64,000 bases of DNA, taken from IMG/VR virus record IMGVR_UViG_3300003886_000002. One strand, written 5' to 3'. The DNA comes from a virus. A model generated the notes under the pieces. The model worked only from the letters and a program-made list of their open reading frames with translations, was not told the DNA's origin and searched no databases. Both the position numbers and the translations under genes were made by a program. Of the stretch, positions 8,382-16,485 are shown piece after piece. How positions within the stretch are numbered: position 1 is the stretch's first letter; the number at the start of each line of letters is the position of its first letter.

Positions 8382-9998
8382 ATGGGTGACATAGTAGAGC
8401 AAATACAGGAGACTACAAAAGGGCTTCTATATGGGGATGGGGCCACATCTATCTTTGATCCTGTCCTGTGCGAGCTGATCTATCGCTGGTTCTCTCCACC
8501 AGGTGGCGTTATCCTCGACCCGTTTGCGGGGGGTTCTGTACGGGGGATTGTTGCCAACAAACTTGGACGCGCCTACGTTGGGGTTGAACTTAGAGAAGTG
8601 CAGGTGCGAGCGAACGAACGCCAAAGCTTGGAAATCTGCAATGGGATGTCTCTTGTCCCTGACGTCCCAGATGACAATATGCCTGATTACACCCCCGTGG
8701 AGTTCCACGAAAGTGTAAGTATTTGGATGAAACGTGAGGACAGTTACATATTCGCAGGGGTAAGGGGGGCAAAGGTTCGCGCATGCATATTTATGGTGGA
8801 GGAGGCACGCAAGGCCGGGGTAGGGGTTGTCACTGCTGGCGGACGTCATTCTCCACAAGTTAACTTCGTTGCACAGATCGCACATAGGATGGGGGTCAAG
8901 TGCCGTGTCCACGTCCCCACAGGTCCCCTTACCCCTGAATTGTTGGCATCCCGCTCTACAGGAGCGAAAGTGATCCAACATGAGTATGGATACAACACGG
9001 TCATCTTTGCGCGGGCACGGGAAGACGCAGAGGAACGGGGCTGGGTAATGATCCCCTACGGCATGGAGTCGCAAGAATCTATTGACTTCACCATCCCGCA
9101 GGTCTCCAACCTCCCCAAGGATGCGAAACGATTGGTTAACTGTGCCGGGTCCGGAATGACACTGGCAGGTATTTTGTGGGGGCTACAAGAATACGACAAC
9201 GACATCCCTGTTCTGGCTGTTTGTTGTGGGGGCGACCCGACCGCCAACTTGGATAAATGGGCTCCGGATGGTTGGAGGGACCGCGTTGATTTACAGCAGT
9301 CACCAAGTGATTACAATGTCGCAGCCCAAAACTGTGTCTATGCAGGGGTAACGCTTGACCCGTACTATGAGGCAAAGACTATCCCGTTTCTAAAGGAGCA
9401 TGATTGCCTTTGGGTTTCTGCGATTCGTCCATCTGCTGTGATGGCAGAAGGACCAGACCCTCAATGGATCTTGGGGGATGCGGCCAACATAGGGACGTTG
9501 TGTGCCGGGACACAAGCAGATTTGCTCGTAACCTGTCCCCCCTATGGGGATTTAGAGGTCTACTCTGATGACCCGTCCGACCTGTCCACTATGGGATATA
9601 CGGATTTCATCAACACGTTTTCCAAGATCATGAAAAGCAGTTTTCCCTTGATGAAGGACAACACGTTTGCTTGCGTTGTTGTTGGAGATTTCCGATCTGA
9701 TGACGGTTTCTATCACGGGTTCCCATCGGATGCCATATCTGCATGTGATGCCGCGGGGTGGAGGCTTTACAACGATGCAGTCCTTGTGACTCGTGCCAAC
9801 TCTTTGCCTCTCCGGGTTGGTAGACAGTTCGATGCTGCAAGGAAATTAGGGAAGACACATCAATCCGTATTGGTCTTCGTTAAGGGTGATTGGAAGGCAG
9901 CTACTGTGAATTGTGGGCCAGTGGTTTCTGTAGACTTAAGTGATATGCAGGCCGACGACTTAGATGATGGGGTTGTCGACGTCCCTAGTGAGGTTTGA
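8382..9998 (+). CDS. SAM-dependent methyltransferase-like protein with an inserted PLP-dependent (fold type II) domain
   Basis: SIFDPVLCE, LDPFAGGSVRG, TCPPY; aa ~103-350 contain TPV, KRED, GAKVR, GSGMT, LDPYYEAK. Confidence 0.85.
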   Translation: MGDIVEQIQETTKGLLYGDGATSIFDPVLCELIYRWFSPPGGVILDPFAGGSVRGIVANKLGRAYVGVELREVQVRANERQSLEICNGMSLVPDVPDDNMPDYTPVEFHESVSIWMKREDSYIFAGVRGAKVRACIFMVEEARKAGVGVVTAGGRHSPQVNFVAQIAHRMGVKCRVHVPTGPLTPELLASRSTGAKVIQHEYGYNTVIFARAREDAEERGWVMIPYGMESQESIDFTIPQVSNLPKDAKRLVNCAGSGMTLAGILWGLQEYDNDIPVLAVCCGGDPTANLDKWAPDGWRDRVDLQQSPSDYNVAAQNCVYAGVTLDPYYEAKTIPFLKEHDCLWVSAIRPSAVMAEGPDPQWILGDAANIGTLCAGTQADLLVTCPPYGDLEVYSDDPSDLSTMGYTDFINTFSKIMKSSFPLMKDNTFACVVVGDFRSDDGFYHGFPSDAISACDAAGWRLYNDAVLVTRANSLPLRVGRQFDAARKLGKTHQSVLVFVKGDWKAATVNCGPVVSVDLSDMQADDLDDGVVDVPSEV

Positions 9999-10855
9999 TC
10001 TATATGGAATCTCTGCTAAACAGAGTAGAACGGGTTGCTGTTGAAGAAATTGGGTCGTACCCAGACAACCCGCGCATCGGGAATATCAGCGCTTTGCGCG
10101 CCTCGCTGGAAGCGAACAAGCAGTTCTCTCCGCTTGTGGTGCAACGCTCAACAGGGTACATATTGCAAGGCAACCACACTTACGCTGCTGCTAAACTGTT
10201 GGGTTGGGAACAAATAGACGTTGTATATGTAGACGTTGGGGACACCGAAGCGAAACGTATCGTCCTAGCATCTAATCGTATCGCAGACTTAGGCAGCTAC
10301 AACGACGCAATGTTAGCCAACTTGCTTCAGGAGTTGGTAGACGATGACGCATCGCTTCTCCAAGGCACAGGATATGAGAAAGATGACGTGGATGGGCTGC
10401 TAGACGCGACTGTCACAGATATTGACATACCTGTAGATGTGGACGGTAGCGAGCGTGAAGCTACACGGGCAGCTATAGACCGCCTGTTTCCTGTAACAAA
10501 TCAGCAGGAGGCGTCTCTAGACAGTGGGCAACCTAACCTGCACCCTTCGACAAAAGCGGAAGTGGAAGCGGAAGCAGCAACGGGAGCACCCCCCCTGACC
10601 CCTGACGCAGATATGCTGCATGAGATCCAACCCACAGTAATCAACGAACCTGCCCCCCCTGTCCCGGAGTTTGTTCTTTTCAGGTTTGGGGATCTGAAGG
10701 CCAAAGTCATGAAAGACGAATACGATGCTTGGCGTACAGCATGTGACGATACAGACCCGTTTTCTGTGACGTGCGACTATCTAGAGTCCATTGGCCTGAC
10801 CCCCGAATCGATAAGACCATTCGAGACGGATGGTCCAGAAACATGGCACTCTTGA
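9995..10855 (+). CDS. ParB/Srx-domain protein (paralog of 7623..8339)
   Basis: YPDNPRIGN...NKQFSPLVV...GNHTYAAAKLLGW...LASNR; start may be ATG 10004. Confidence 0.85.
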   Translation: MIYMESLLNRVERVAVEEIGSYPDNPRIGNISALRASLEANKQFSPLVVQRSTGYILQGNHTYAAAKLLGWEQIDVVYVDVGDTEAKRIVLASNRIADLGSYNDAMLANLLQELVDDDASLLQGTGYEKDDVDGLLDATVTDIDIPVDVDGSEREATRAAIDRLFPVTNQQEASLDSGQPNLHPSTKAEVEAEAATGAPPLTPDADMLHEIQPTVINEPAPPVPEFVLFRFGDLKAKVMKDEYDAWRTACDDTDPFSVTCDYLESIGLTPESIRPFETDGPETWHS

Positions 10856-10896
10856 CAAGGGCATGTGTCATCCCGACCTGTTAGCCTACCCACCCT

Positions 10897-13800
10897 ATGC
10901 AGACAACCCTATTCGATGCTGCTGACAGCCCTCCCACCCAGATAATCCAACTCCGTGACTACCAACAGGATGCCATCGATTGCATCCTGGAGGCAGAGCA
11001 ACGCGGCGTCCGAAAGCAACTTGGGGTCGCAGCGACAGGCCTCGGCAAAGGGCTTGCAGTAGGAACAACTGTACTAAAATCTGACGGATCATGGCGTCCT
11101 GTCCAAGAACTAGAAGTTGGGGACTTCGTAGTGGGGGCAGACGGATACCCAACTAAAGTAGATGGCGTATTCCCTAGAGGAATCCAACCATGTTTTGTGG
11201 TGACGACAGACGATGGGGTATCCATTGTTGTTGATGCAGACCACCTGTGGACAGTAGCTACAGATGATGGCGTTAAGCGAGACGCCCCATGGGACACGCT
11301 AGAGACACAGCGTCTACACAAAATTGGGGTTGTGTCCTCTACGGGGTTTCCCCGCTGGCGACTCCCTGTTGTTGCCCCTATCACTTTCGACGCTCAACCC
11401 GAGCTTCCTGTGGATGCCCACACCCTTGGCGCAGTCATAGCGGACGGGACTATCGTCCAACATCCGACAGATGTATGCCCTGGCCCGCTATGGACTGCTG
11501 ACAGACCCTATAGGGCACAGCAGGGGACAACTGCCCGTAGCAACATAAACGATGCCCTGTCCTACTTGGGAACATGGGGGTTGGGACCTTTAGACAGGTT
11601 CATCCCAACCCCGTACTTGTGTGCGCCAATAGAAACCCGCCGTCTACTCCTTGCAGGGCTACTAAATGACACCAAACAAGACGGTAACGGGACTATCAAA
11701 TGTTTCACATCGTCTGCCCATCTTGCGAATGACGTAAAAGAACTTGCGGGGTCGTTGGGGATTATTACCACAATCACAAGTGATGCTCCGGGAACTAACG
11801 TGAGCATACACAAACTGGTATTCGGAGACACAAGTCGTCCCCACACTGTACGCAAGATCGTGTCTATAGACGCTGTGTCCCCCCGCGAAACAGTGTGTAT
11901 CAAGGTCTCCGCAGAAGACGGCCTATTCATATCAGAAGGACACGTCGTAACACATAACACTATTGTGTTTAACTCCCTGGCACAACGTAAAGGGGTCCGT
12001 ACCTTAATTCTAGCCCATAGAGACGAGCTGATTTCACAAGCGGTAGACAAACTCCTCATGATGTGGCCCGAAGCGGATGTAGGGGTAATCAAGGCGAAGC
12101 GGAATGAGATCGAGCATCAGATCATAGTAGGGTCGATCCAAACTTTGTCGAGGCAATCGCGCCGTGAACAGATCCCACGTGATTGGTTCAAACTAATAAT
12201 CGTAGATGAGTGTTTCCCTGCCGGTACACTCGTCGACGGTCACCCAATAGAAACGCTTGTCGAAGGTGATGTCGTTTCAAGTTTCGATGAACGCACGGGG
12301 GTGATGGTTCCTCGTCGCATCGTTCGTACAATGTCCAAACGGCCCTCATCTTTGGTGCGCCTTCACATGGCTAATGGGGATCACCTCGTGTGCACCCCCG
12401 AGCATCCTATGTGGACAAATGACGGATGGCTTTCCGCCGCATCATGTGAAGGTGCTAACCTTAGCGTTCATGACATGTACAATCTGCGGGCAGGGAACAG
12501 TGGGGACACGAAAGACATGTTCGAAGAAGTGCCGCTATCGTCTCGCGGCACAGTCTCAGCGTGGTCAGAAACGAAAACCTCGATCCAAACCCATCAAGGC
12601 AACGTGCACGGAGTGTGGGGTCATGGTCTCGATCCCGAGGGATCAGCGAAGCCGTCGGAGTCTTTGGAACTCCAAGGGTCGGGCGTATTGCTCCGACAAG
12701 TGTCGCGGCATATGGACGAGTCGCCTTTCCTCGAAAACTATGAGCGCCACGAACCGCAAGTATGCGTCGAAGCGTATGCGGGAGCACAATCCGATGGCAA
12801 AGAAAGAAGCACGCCAGAAAATGGCGGAGACGTTGCGTCGGATTGGACATCAGCCACGATGGAGGGGTGGGAACGGCCAAGGGATGACCGAACCTCAGAA
12901 GAAACTTCTCTTGGCACTTGGCCCTGGGTGGACAGCAGAATATATCGTTCCCACGGGTCAGCCTCCGACCAAAGGGGGGCTTCCGACACACTACAAGATC
13001 GACATATCTCATCCCGAACTGGGGATCGCTGTAGAGGTGGACGGTTCAAGCCATGCGGTTATTCGGAGGAAGGAAGCGGATCGCCGCAAGGACAAGTTCT
13101 TGTTGGCCCAAGGGTGGACCGTGTTGAGGTTCTCGAACCAGAGAGTGATGGACAATACGGAGGGCTGTGCCCAGATGGTTTTGTCTACAACATAGAAGTA
13201 GAGGACACCCACACCTATACGGCTAACGGGTATGTCGTACATAACTGTCACCACGCCACAGCAGATAGCTACACGAGTACGATCGAATACTTTGCAGACA
13301 GCGATCCTCTGATCTTGGGGGTTACAGCAACCCCTGATCGCGGTGACGGGAAGGGACTTGACGAAGTTTTCGATGAAGTCGTGTTCAACTATGACATACT
13401 GTGGGGTATCCGTAGGGGCTTCCTGTCTGACATTAAAGGGCGCCGTATCACAATGTCCGGGCTTGACCTATCGAAGGTCAGGATAAGCCGTGGAGACTAT
13501 GCAGAGGGTGACGTTGGTAGGGCTTTAGAGGATGCTGACGCCCCGAACCAGATAGCTGACGCCTATGTGCGGTTTGCTCCTGACCGTAAAACTATTGTGT
13601 TCACCCCGACGGTATCTGTTGCAGATGCGGTGTCTATTGCTCTACGTAACCGCGGGGTCTCTGCCGCAATGGTGTCTGGGGAAACACCTATTGATGAACG
13701 ACGCCAGATGTTGAAAGATTTCACCAGTGGGGACATAATGGTGATGGTTAACTGTCAAGTTCTGTGTGAAGGGTTTGATGAGCCGTCTGTTGACTGTATC

Positions 13801-15399
13801 GTTTTAGCAAGACCTACTAGGAGTCGTGCTCTTTACACACAGTGTCTTGATGATGCAACCGAGATCCTTACTTCTTCTGGGTGGCGTTCACGCGGCAAGA
13901 TTATGGATGATGATGTTGTCGCAACTTTCGATGTCGAATCGGGGGCGATGGGGTGGAGTCCCATCCTGTCGCGTGTCGACCGCGAACTTGGTGCAGATGA
14001 GGCCATGTATGAAATTGAGTCCCCCCATCAATCGATCCGGGTTACAGGCGGACACCGCATGGTCTGTTCCCTCACGGGGGGACACCCCCATGAGTGGGGT
14101 GAGTGGCAGCTCATAGAAGCACAGGATGCCGCTGTTATCCCAGATCCGTGGAAACTTCCTGTATCGGGCTTGCAGGATACAGAGGGTGTCCCCTTGTCTA
14201 ATAATGCGATCCGTTCCATAGGTTGGGGGATGTCAAATGCGGCAGTAGATCCTGTTTTTAACGAATCTTTCTCCTCTGTTTCTGAGGCCATAACCCGTGA
14301 ACAGATGGGGATTCTGCTTGATGCCATTCACCGCGGTAAAGGGACAGACCAGGATAGGCAGAAGTCCACGCGTAGCAGTTATCACCTGTCGTTAAGGCAC
14401 AATCGGGTACTGGCAGATCGACTCCAATCTTTGTGTGTCCGCAGAGGATATCGTGCTGCTGTCACTGAAGATCATGGCGGCAACCTTATTGTGCATGTTA
14501 GGGATCAGCAGACGGTGACGGTGGGTGGGGGATCTGTCAATGACCGCCCCATGTTCGTTCACTCGCCTACAAACCAAGGTGAACGTGTCTGGTGCGTTGA
14601 GACAGAAACAGGAACTCTTGTAACACGTCGTAACGGCAGGGTCGCCATCCTTGGTAACTGTATAGGACGGGGGACACGTCGCCACCCTGGGAAAGATAAC
14701 TGTTTAGTCCTAGATGTTGTAGGGGCTTCTGAAGAACACAGCCTGGTCACTATCCCTAGTCTCTTTGGAATTGAGCGAGGTGATGAGTTCGAGCACAAAG
14801 AGATGACAGTCGCGGAAGCGATCCAGGAGCAGGTGGAACGGCAAGTAAAGCTTGGGGAACTCAAAATCCAAGAGGTCGAGCTGTTTCGTAAAGTCGTTGA
14901 CTCCCCACTCGCGTGGACAGGGTATGTCTCAGCGCGAGGGGTGCGGGGATACACAATCTCCATTGGGGGGGATACGAATACGACAGTCATACTCGAAGAG
15001 TTGCAGCGACAAGATGACAGCAGTCGCCGCGTGGATAGCGGTGACAGCGATGGTGCTGATGGTGCTGATAGCAGCGCTCCTTTAAGCCTGTGGCGTGTAT
15101 GTGTACGTGAGAAAGATGGTAATGACGAATACCTGAAACGCCCGCTAATGTCAAACGTTGACCTTGAAATGGCGCAGGGGGTAGGTGAAGACTATGTACG
15201 GAAGCACGGCCATTCAGCATTGGTGAGTCGTGATGCCCCTTGGCGGAAGAGCCCTCCGTCTGACAAACAACTGTTGTTCGCTAAGAAGCTCCATATTCCT
15301 GTTGGTGAGGAATGGACGAAAGGTCAAGTTTCTGAGGCTATCGATGCTGCGTTAGCGCGCCGCAACGCACACCGCAGCGGCAGCTACAAGCGTAGTTAG
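10897..15399 (+). CDS. SF2 DExH helicase precursor with three inteins
   Basis: LRDYQ, ATGLGK|T, ILAHRDEL, VDE|CHH, GVTATP, VNCQVLCEGFDEP, Q|CIGRGTR after removing the inteins. Confidence 0.95.
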   Translation: MQTTLFDAADSPPTQIIQLRDYQQDAIDCILEAEQRGVRKQLGVAATGLGKGLAVGTTVLKSDGSWRPVQELEVGDFVVGADGYPTKVDGVFPRGIQPCFVVTTDDGVSIVVDADHLWTVATDDGVKRDAPWDTLETQRLHKIGVVSSTGFPRWRLPVVAPITFDAQPELPVDAHTLGAVIADGTIVQHPTDVCPGPLWTADRPYRAQQGTTARSNINDALSYLGTWGLGPLDRFIPTPYLCAPIETRRLLLAGLLNDTKQDGNGTIKCFTSSAHLANDVKELAGSLGIITTITSDAPGTNVSIHKLVFGDTSRPHTVRKIVSIDAVSPRETVCIKVSAEDGLFISEGHVVTHNTIVFNSLAQRKGVRTLILAHRDELISQAVDKLLMMWPEADVGVIKAKRNEIEHQIIVGSIQTLSRQSRREQIPRDWFKLIIVDECFPAGTLVDGHPIETLVEGDVVSSFDERTGVMVPRRIVRTMSKRPSSLVRLHMANGDHLVCTPEHPMWTNDGWLSAASCEGANLSVHDMYNLRAGNSGDTKDMFEEVPLSSRGTVSAWSETKTSIQTHQGNVHGVWGHGLDPEGSAKPSESLELQGSGVLLRQVSRHMDESPFLENYERHEPQVCVEAYAGAQSDGKERSTPENGGDVASDWTSATMEGWERPRDDRTSEETSLGTWPWVDSRIYRSHGSASDQRGASDTLQDRHISSRTGDRCRGGRFKPCGYSEEGSGSPQGQVLVGPRVDRVEVLEPESDGQYGGLCPDGFVYNIEVEDTHTYTANGYVVHNCHHATADSYTSTIEYFADSDPLILGVTATPDRGDGKGLDEVFDEVVFNYDILWGIRRGFLSDIKGRRITMSGLDLSKVRISRGDYAEGDVGRALEDADAPNQIADAYVRFAPDRKTIVFTPTVSVADAVSIALRNRGVSAAMVSGETPIDERRQMLKDFTSGDIMVMVNCQVLCEGFDEPSVDCIVLARPTRSRALYTQCLDDATEILTSSGWRSRGKIMDDDVVATFDVESGAMGWSPILSRVDRELGADEAMYEIESPHQSIRVTGGHRMVCSLTGGHPHEWGEWQLIEAQDAAVIPDPWKLPVSGLQDTEGVPLSNNAIRSIGWGMSNAAVDPVFNESFSSVSEAITREQMGILLDAIHRGKGTDQDRQKSTRSSYHLSLRHNRVLADRLQSLCVRRGYRAAVTEDHGGNLIVHVRDQQTVTVGGGSVNDRPMFVHSPTNQGERVWCVETETGTLVTRRNGRVAILGNCIGRGTRRHPGKDNCLVLDVVGASEEHSLVTIPSLFGIERGDEFEHKEMTVAEAIQEQVERQVKLGELKIQEVELFRKVVDSPLAWTGYVSARGVRGYTISIGGDTNTTVILEELQRQDDSSRRVDSGDSDGADGADSSAPLSLWRVCVREKDGNDEYLKRPLMSNVDLEMAQGVGEDYVRKHGHSALVSRDAPWRKSPPSDKQLLFAKKLHIPVGEEWTKGQVSEAIDAALARRNAHRSGSYKRS
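11050..11958 (+). mobile_element. intein 1 of helicase (303 aa, class-3-like, Gly1, degenerate LAGLIDADG)
   Basis: Inserted in Walker A GLGK|T; GLAVGT...DADHLW...TVCIKV...VVTHN|T. Confidence 0.88.
12211..13245 (+). mobile_element. intein 2 of helicase (345 aa) carrying an out-of-frame endonuclease gene
   Basis: Inserted in DE|CH; CFPAGT...CTPEHP...VYNIEVEDTHTYTANGYVVHN|C. Confidence 0.92.
12374..13195 (+). CDS. DUF559/Vsr-like PD-(D/E)xK endonuclease overprinted in the +1 frame inside intein 2
   Basis: YKIDISHPELGIAVEVDGSSH...DRRKDKFLLAQGWTVLRF; N-terminal CxxC/CSxxC motifs; start may be ATG 12470. Confidence 0.85.
   Translation: MGITSCAPPSILCGQMTDGFPPHHVKVLTLAFMTCTICGQGTVGTRKTCSKKCRYRLAAQSQRGQKRKPRSKPIKATCTECGVMVSIPRDQRSRRSLWNSKGRAYCSDKCRGIWTSRLSSKTMSATNRKYASKRMREHNPMAKKEARQKMAETLRRIGHQPRWRGGNGQGMTEPQKKLLLALGPGWTAEYIVPTGQPPTKGGLPTHYKIDISHPELGIAVEVDGSSHAVIRRKEADRRKDKFLLAQGWTVLRFSNQRVMDNTEGCAQMVLSTT
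13843..14658 (+). mobile_element. intein 3 of helicase (272 aa)
   Basis: Inserted in motif VI Q|CIGR; CLDDATEILT...VTGGHRM...VWCVETETGTLVTRRNGRVAILGN|C. Confidence 0.92.
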
Positions 15400-15405
15400 G
15401 CATCC

Positions 15406-15433
15406 TTGTGAACAGGGTTCCTGGTGATACAAT
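15406..15433 (+). promoter_or_regulatory. candidate housekeeping-sigma promoter
   Basis: TTGTGA (15406-11), 16 nt, then TACAAT (15428-33) preceded by TG (extended -10); GGAGG and ATG 15462 downstream. Confidence 0.4.
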
Positions 15434-15461
15434 CCACTGAGCCATCTAACGGAGGTGCCCC

Positions 15462-15653
15462 ATGTCCTTCTCCCGTATAGAACTCCAGGCGTTGGCAGCG
15501 AAAGCCAACTATGAGATCGACCATGCAGGGAATGGGTTGATGCGATGCGCGTACTTTGATTTGTTTATTGCCGCGGAGTACCTGAATGATCTAATGGCTA
15601 GGCAGCTTAACCAACCCCCGTTGTCCAATGGGTTTAGTGATCATGTCCAATAG
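15462..15653 (+). CDS. hypothetical protein
   Basis: GGAGG SD upstream. Confidence 0.55.
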   Translation: MSFSRIELQALAAKANYEIDHAGNGLMRCAYFDLFIAAEYLNDLMARQLNQPPLSNGFSDHVQ

Positions 15654-15876
15654 GGCAATTTCACTTCGTGTACTTTCCCCCTACGTGGGGCGTACGCTGA
15701 CTATATCGAAGTGGTCAAAGGGGGTCGGGGGCGTAGAAGAGATTGCTGCGTTCAAGGGTGTGCTGATTAGCGTCGCAGAAGATCATTGTCGCCTTGCGGT
15801 TCCTGTGCTGGGGGGTACTGTGAAGGAGCGCATTCCGTTTGGACGCGTCATCGATTACATTGTGCAAGATGACTAA
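15643..15876 (+). CDS. small protein with Sm/SH3-like pattern
   Basis: YVGRTLTI...FKGVLISVAEDHCRL...IPFGRV; track start is 15628. Confidence 0.5.
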   Translation: MSNRAISLRVLSPYVGRTLTISKWSKGVGGVEEIAAFKGVLISVAEDHCRLAVPVLGGTVKERIPFGRVIDYIVQDD

Positions 15877-15915
15877 TCGCGTAATCTGACCTGCCAGTAG
15901 TGTATTCTGTGAGGC

Positions 15916-16485
15916 ATGGGAAAAGTGCCAGACAAACTACCAGATTTCAAGGCTCCCGGGGCGCCTTCTAAGTTCAGCGAGGAACGCGCTGAACGGCTGC
16001 TGCAAGCAGTAAGGGGGGGAAACTACCTACAGACTGCGTGTGCGTTCGCAGGAATCAACTATGGGACTATGCGTAGGTGGATTCACAAAGCAGATGAACC
16101 CGATGCCCCTCAAGAATACCGTGACTTCAGGGACGCGATGGAGAAGGCTCGGGCGGATGCAGAGGTGGCGTCAGTCGCTAAGATTCAGAAGGCGGCCAAC
16201 GAAGGCCAGTGGCAAGCTGCTGCTTGGTTCCTGGAGAGATCGATGCCTGACCGCTGGGCCAAGAAAGATAAGACACAACTTGAGGTGACGGGGGGAGACG
16301 GAGGCCCCATAAAGGTGGTGTCAGGTATCGAATTGGACCCAGGAGCTATGGCTGCATTGGCGCGCCGCTTACATGCCCGCGCTATCGAAGGGGCAGAGCA
16401 AGACATTGTAGATGCGGAAGTCGTTGAACCAGGCACTGCGGAACAAGGGGATTCAGATACATCAAGGGACGTTGGGGATGCCTGA
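15916..16485 (+). CDS. terS: terminase small subunit
   Basis: GAPSKF...HTH (GNYLQTACAFAGI..TMRRW), WQAAAWFLER; immediately upstream of terL. Confidence 0.85.
   Translation: MGKVPDKLPDFKAPGAPSKFSEERAERLLQAVRGGNYLQTACAFAGINYGTMRRWIHKADEPDAPQEYRDFRDAMEKARADAEVASVAKIQKAANEGQWQAAAWFLERSMPDRWAKKDKTQLEVTGGDGGPIKVVSGIELDPGAMAALARRLHARAIEGAEQDIVDAEVVEPGTAEQGDSDTSRDVGDA

Noticed and set aside
10852-10890. TTGACA promoter upstream of the helicase
   Set aside because: No -10 hexamer at 16-18 nt spacing.
12461-13012. Third (minus-strand) ORF inside helicase intein 2
   Set aside because: No recognisable motifs; antisense to two coding frames.
16412-16477. Longer terL start given by the track
   Set aside because: ATG 16478 overlaps the terS stop in the usual coupled manner; the extension is probably spurious.
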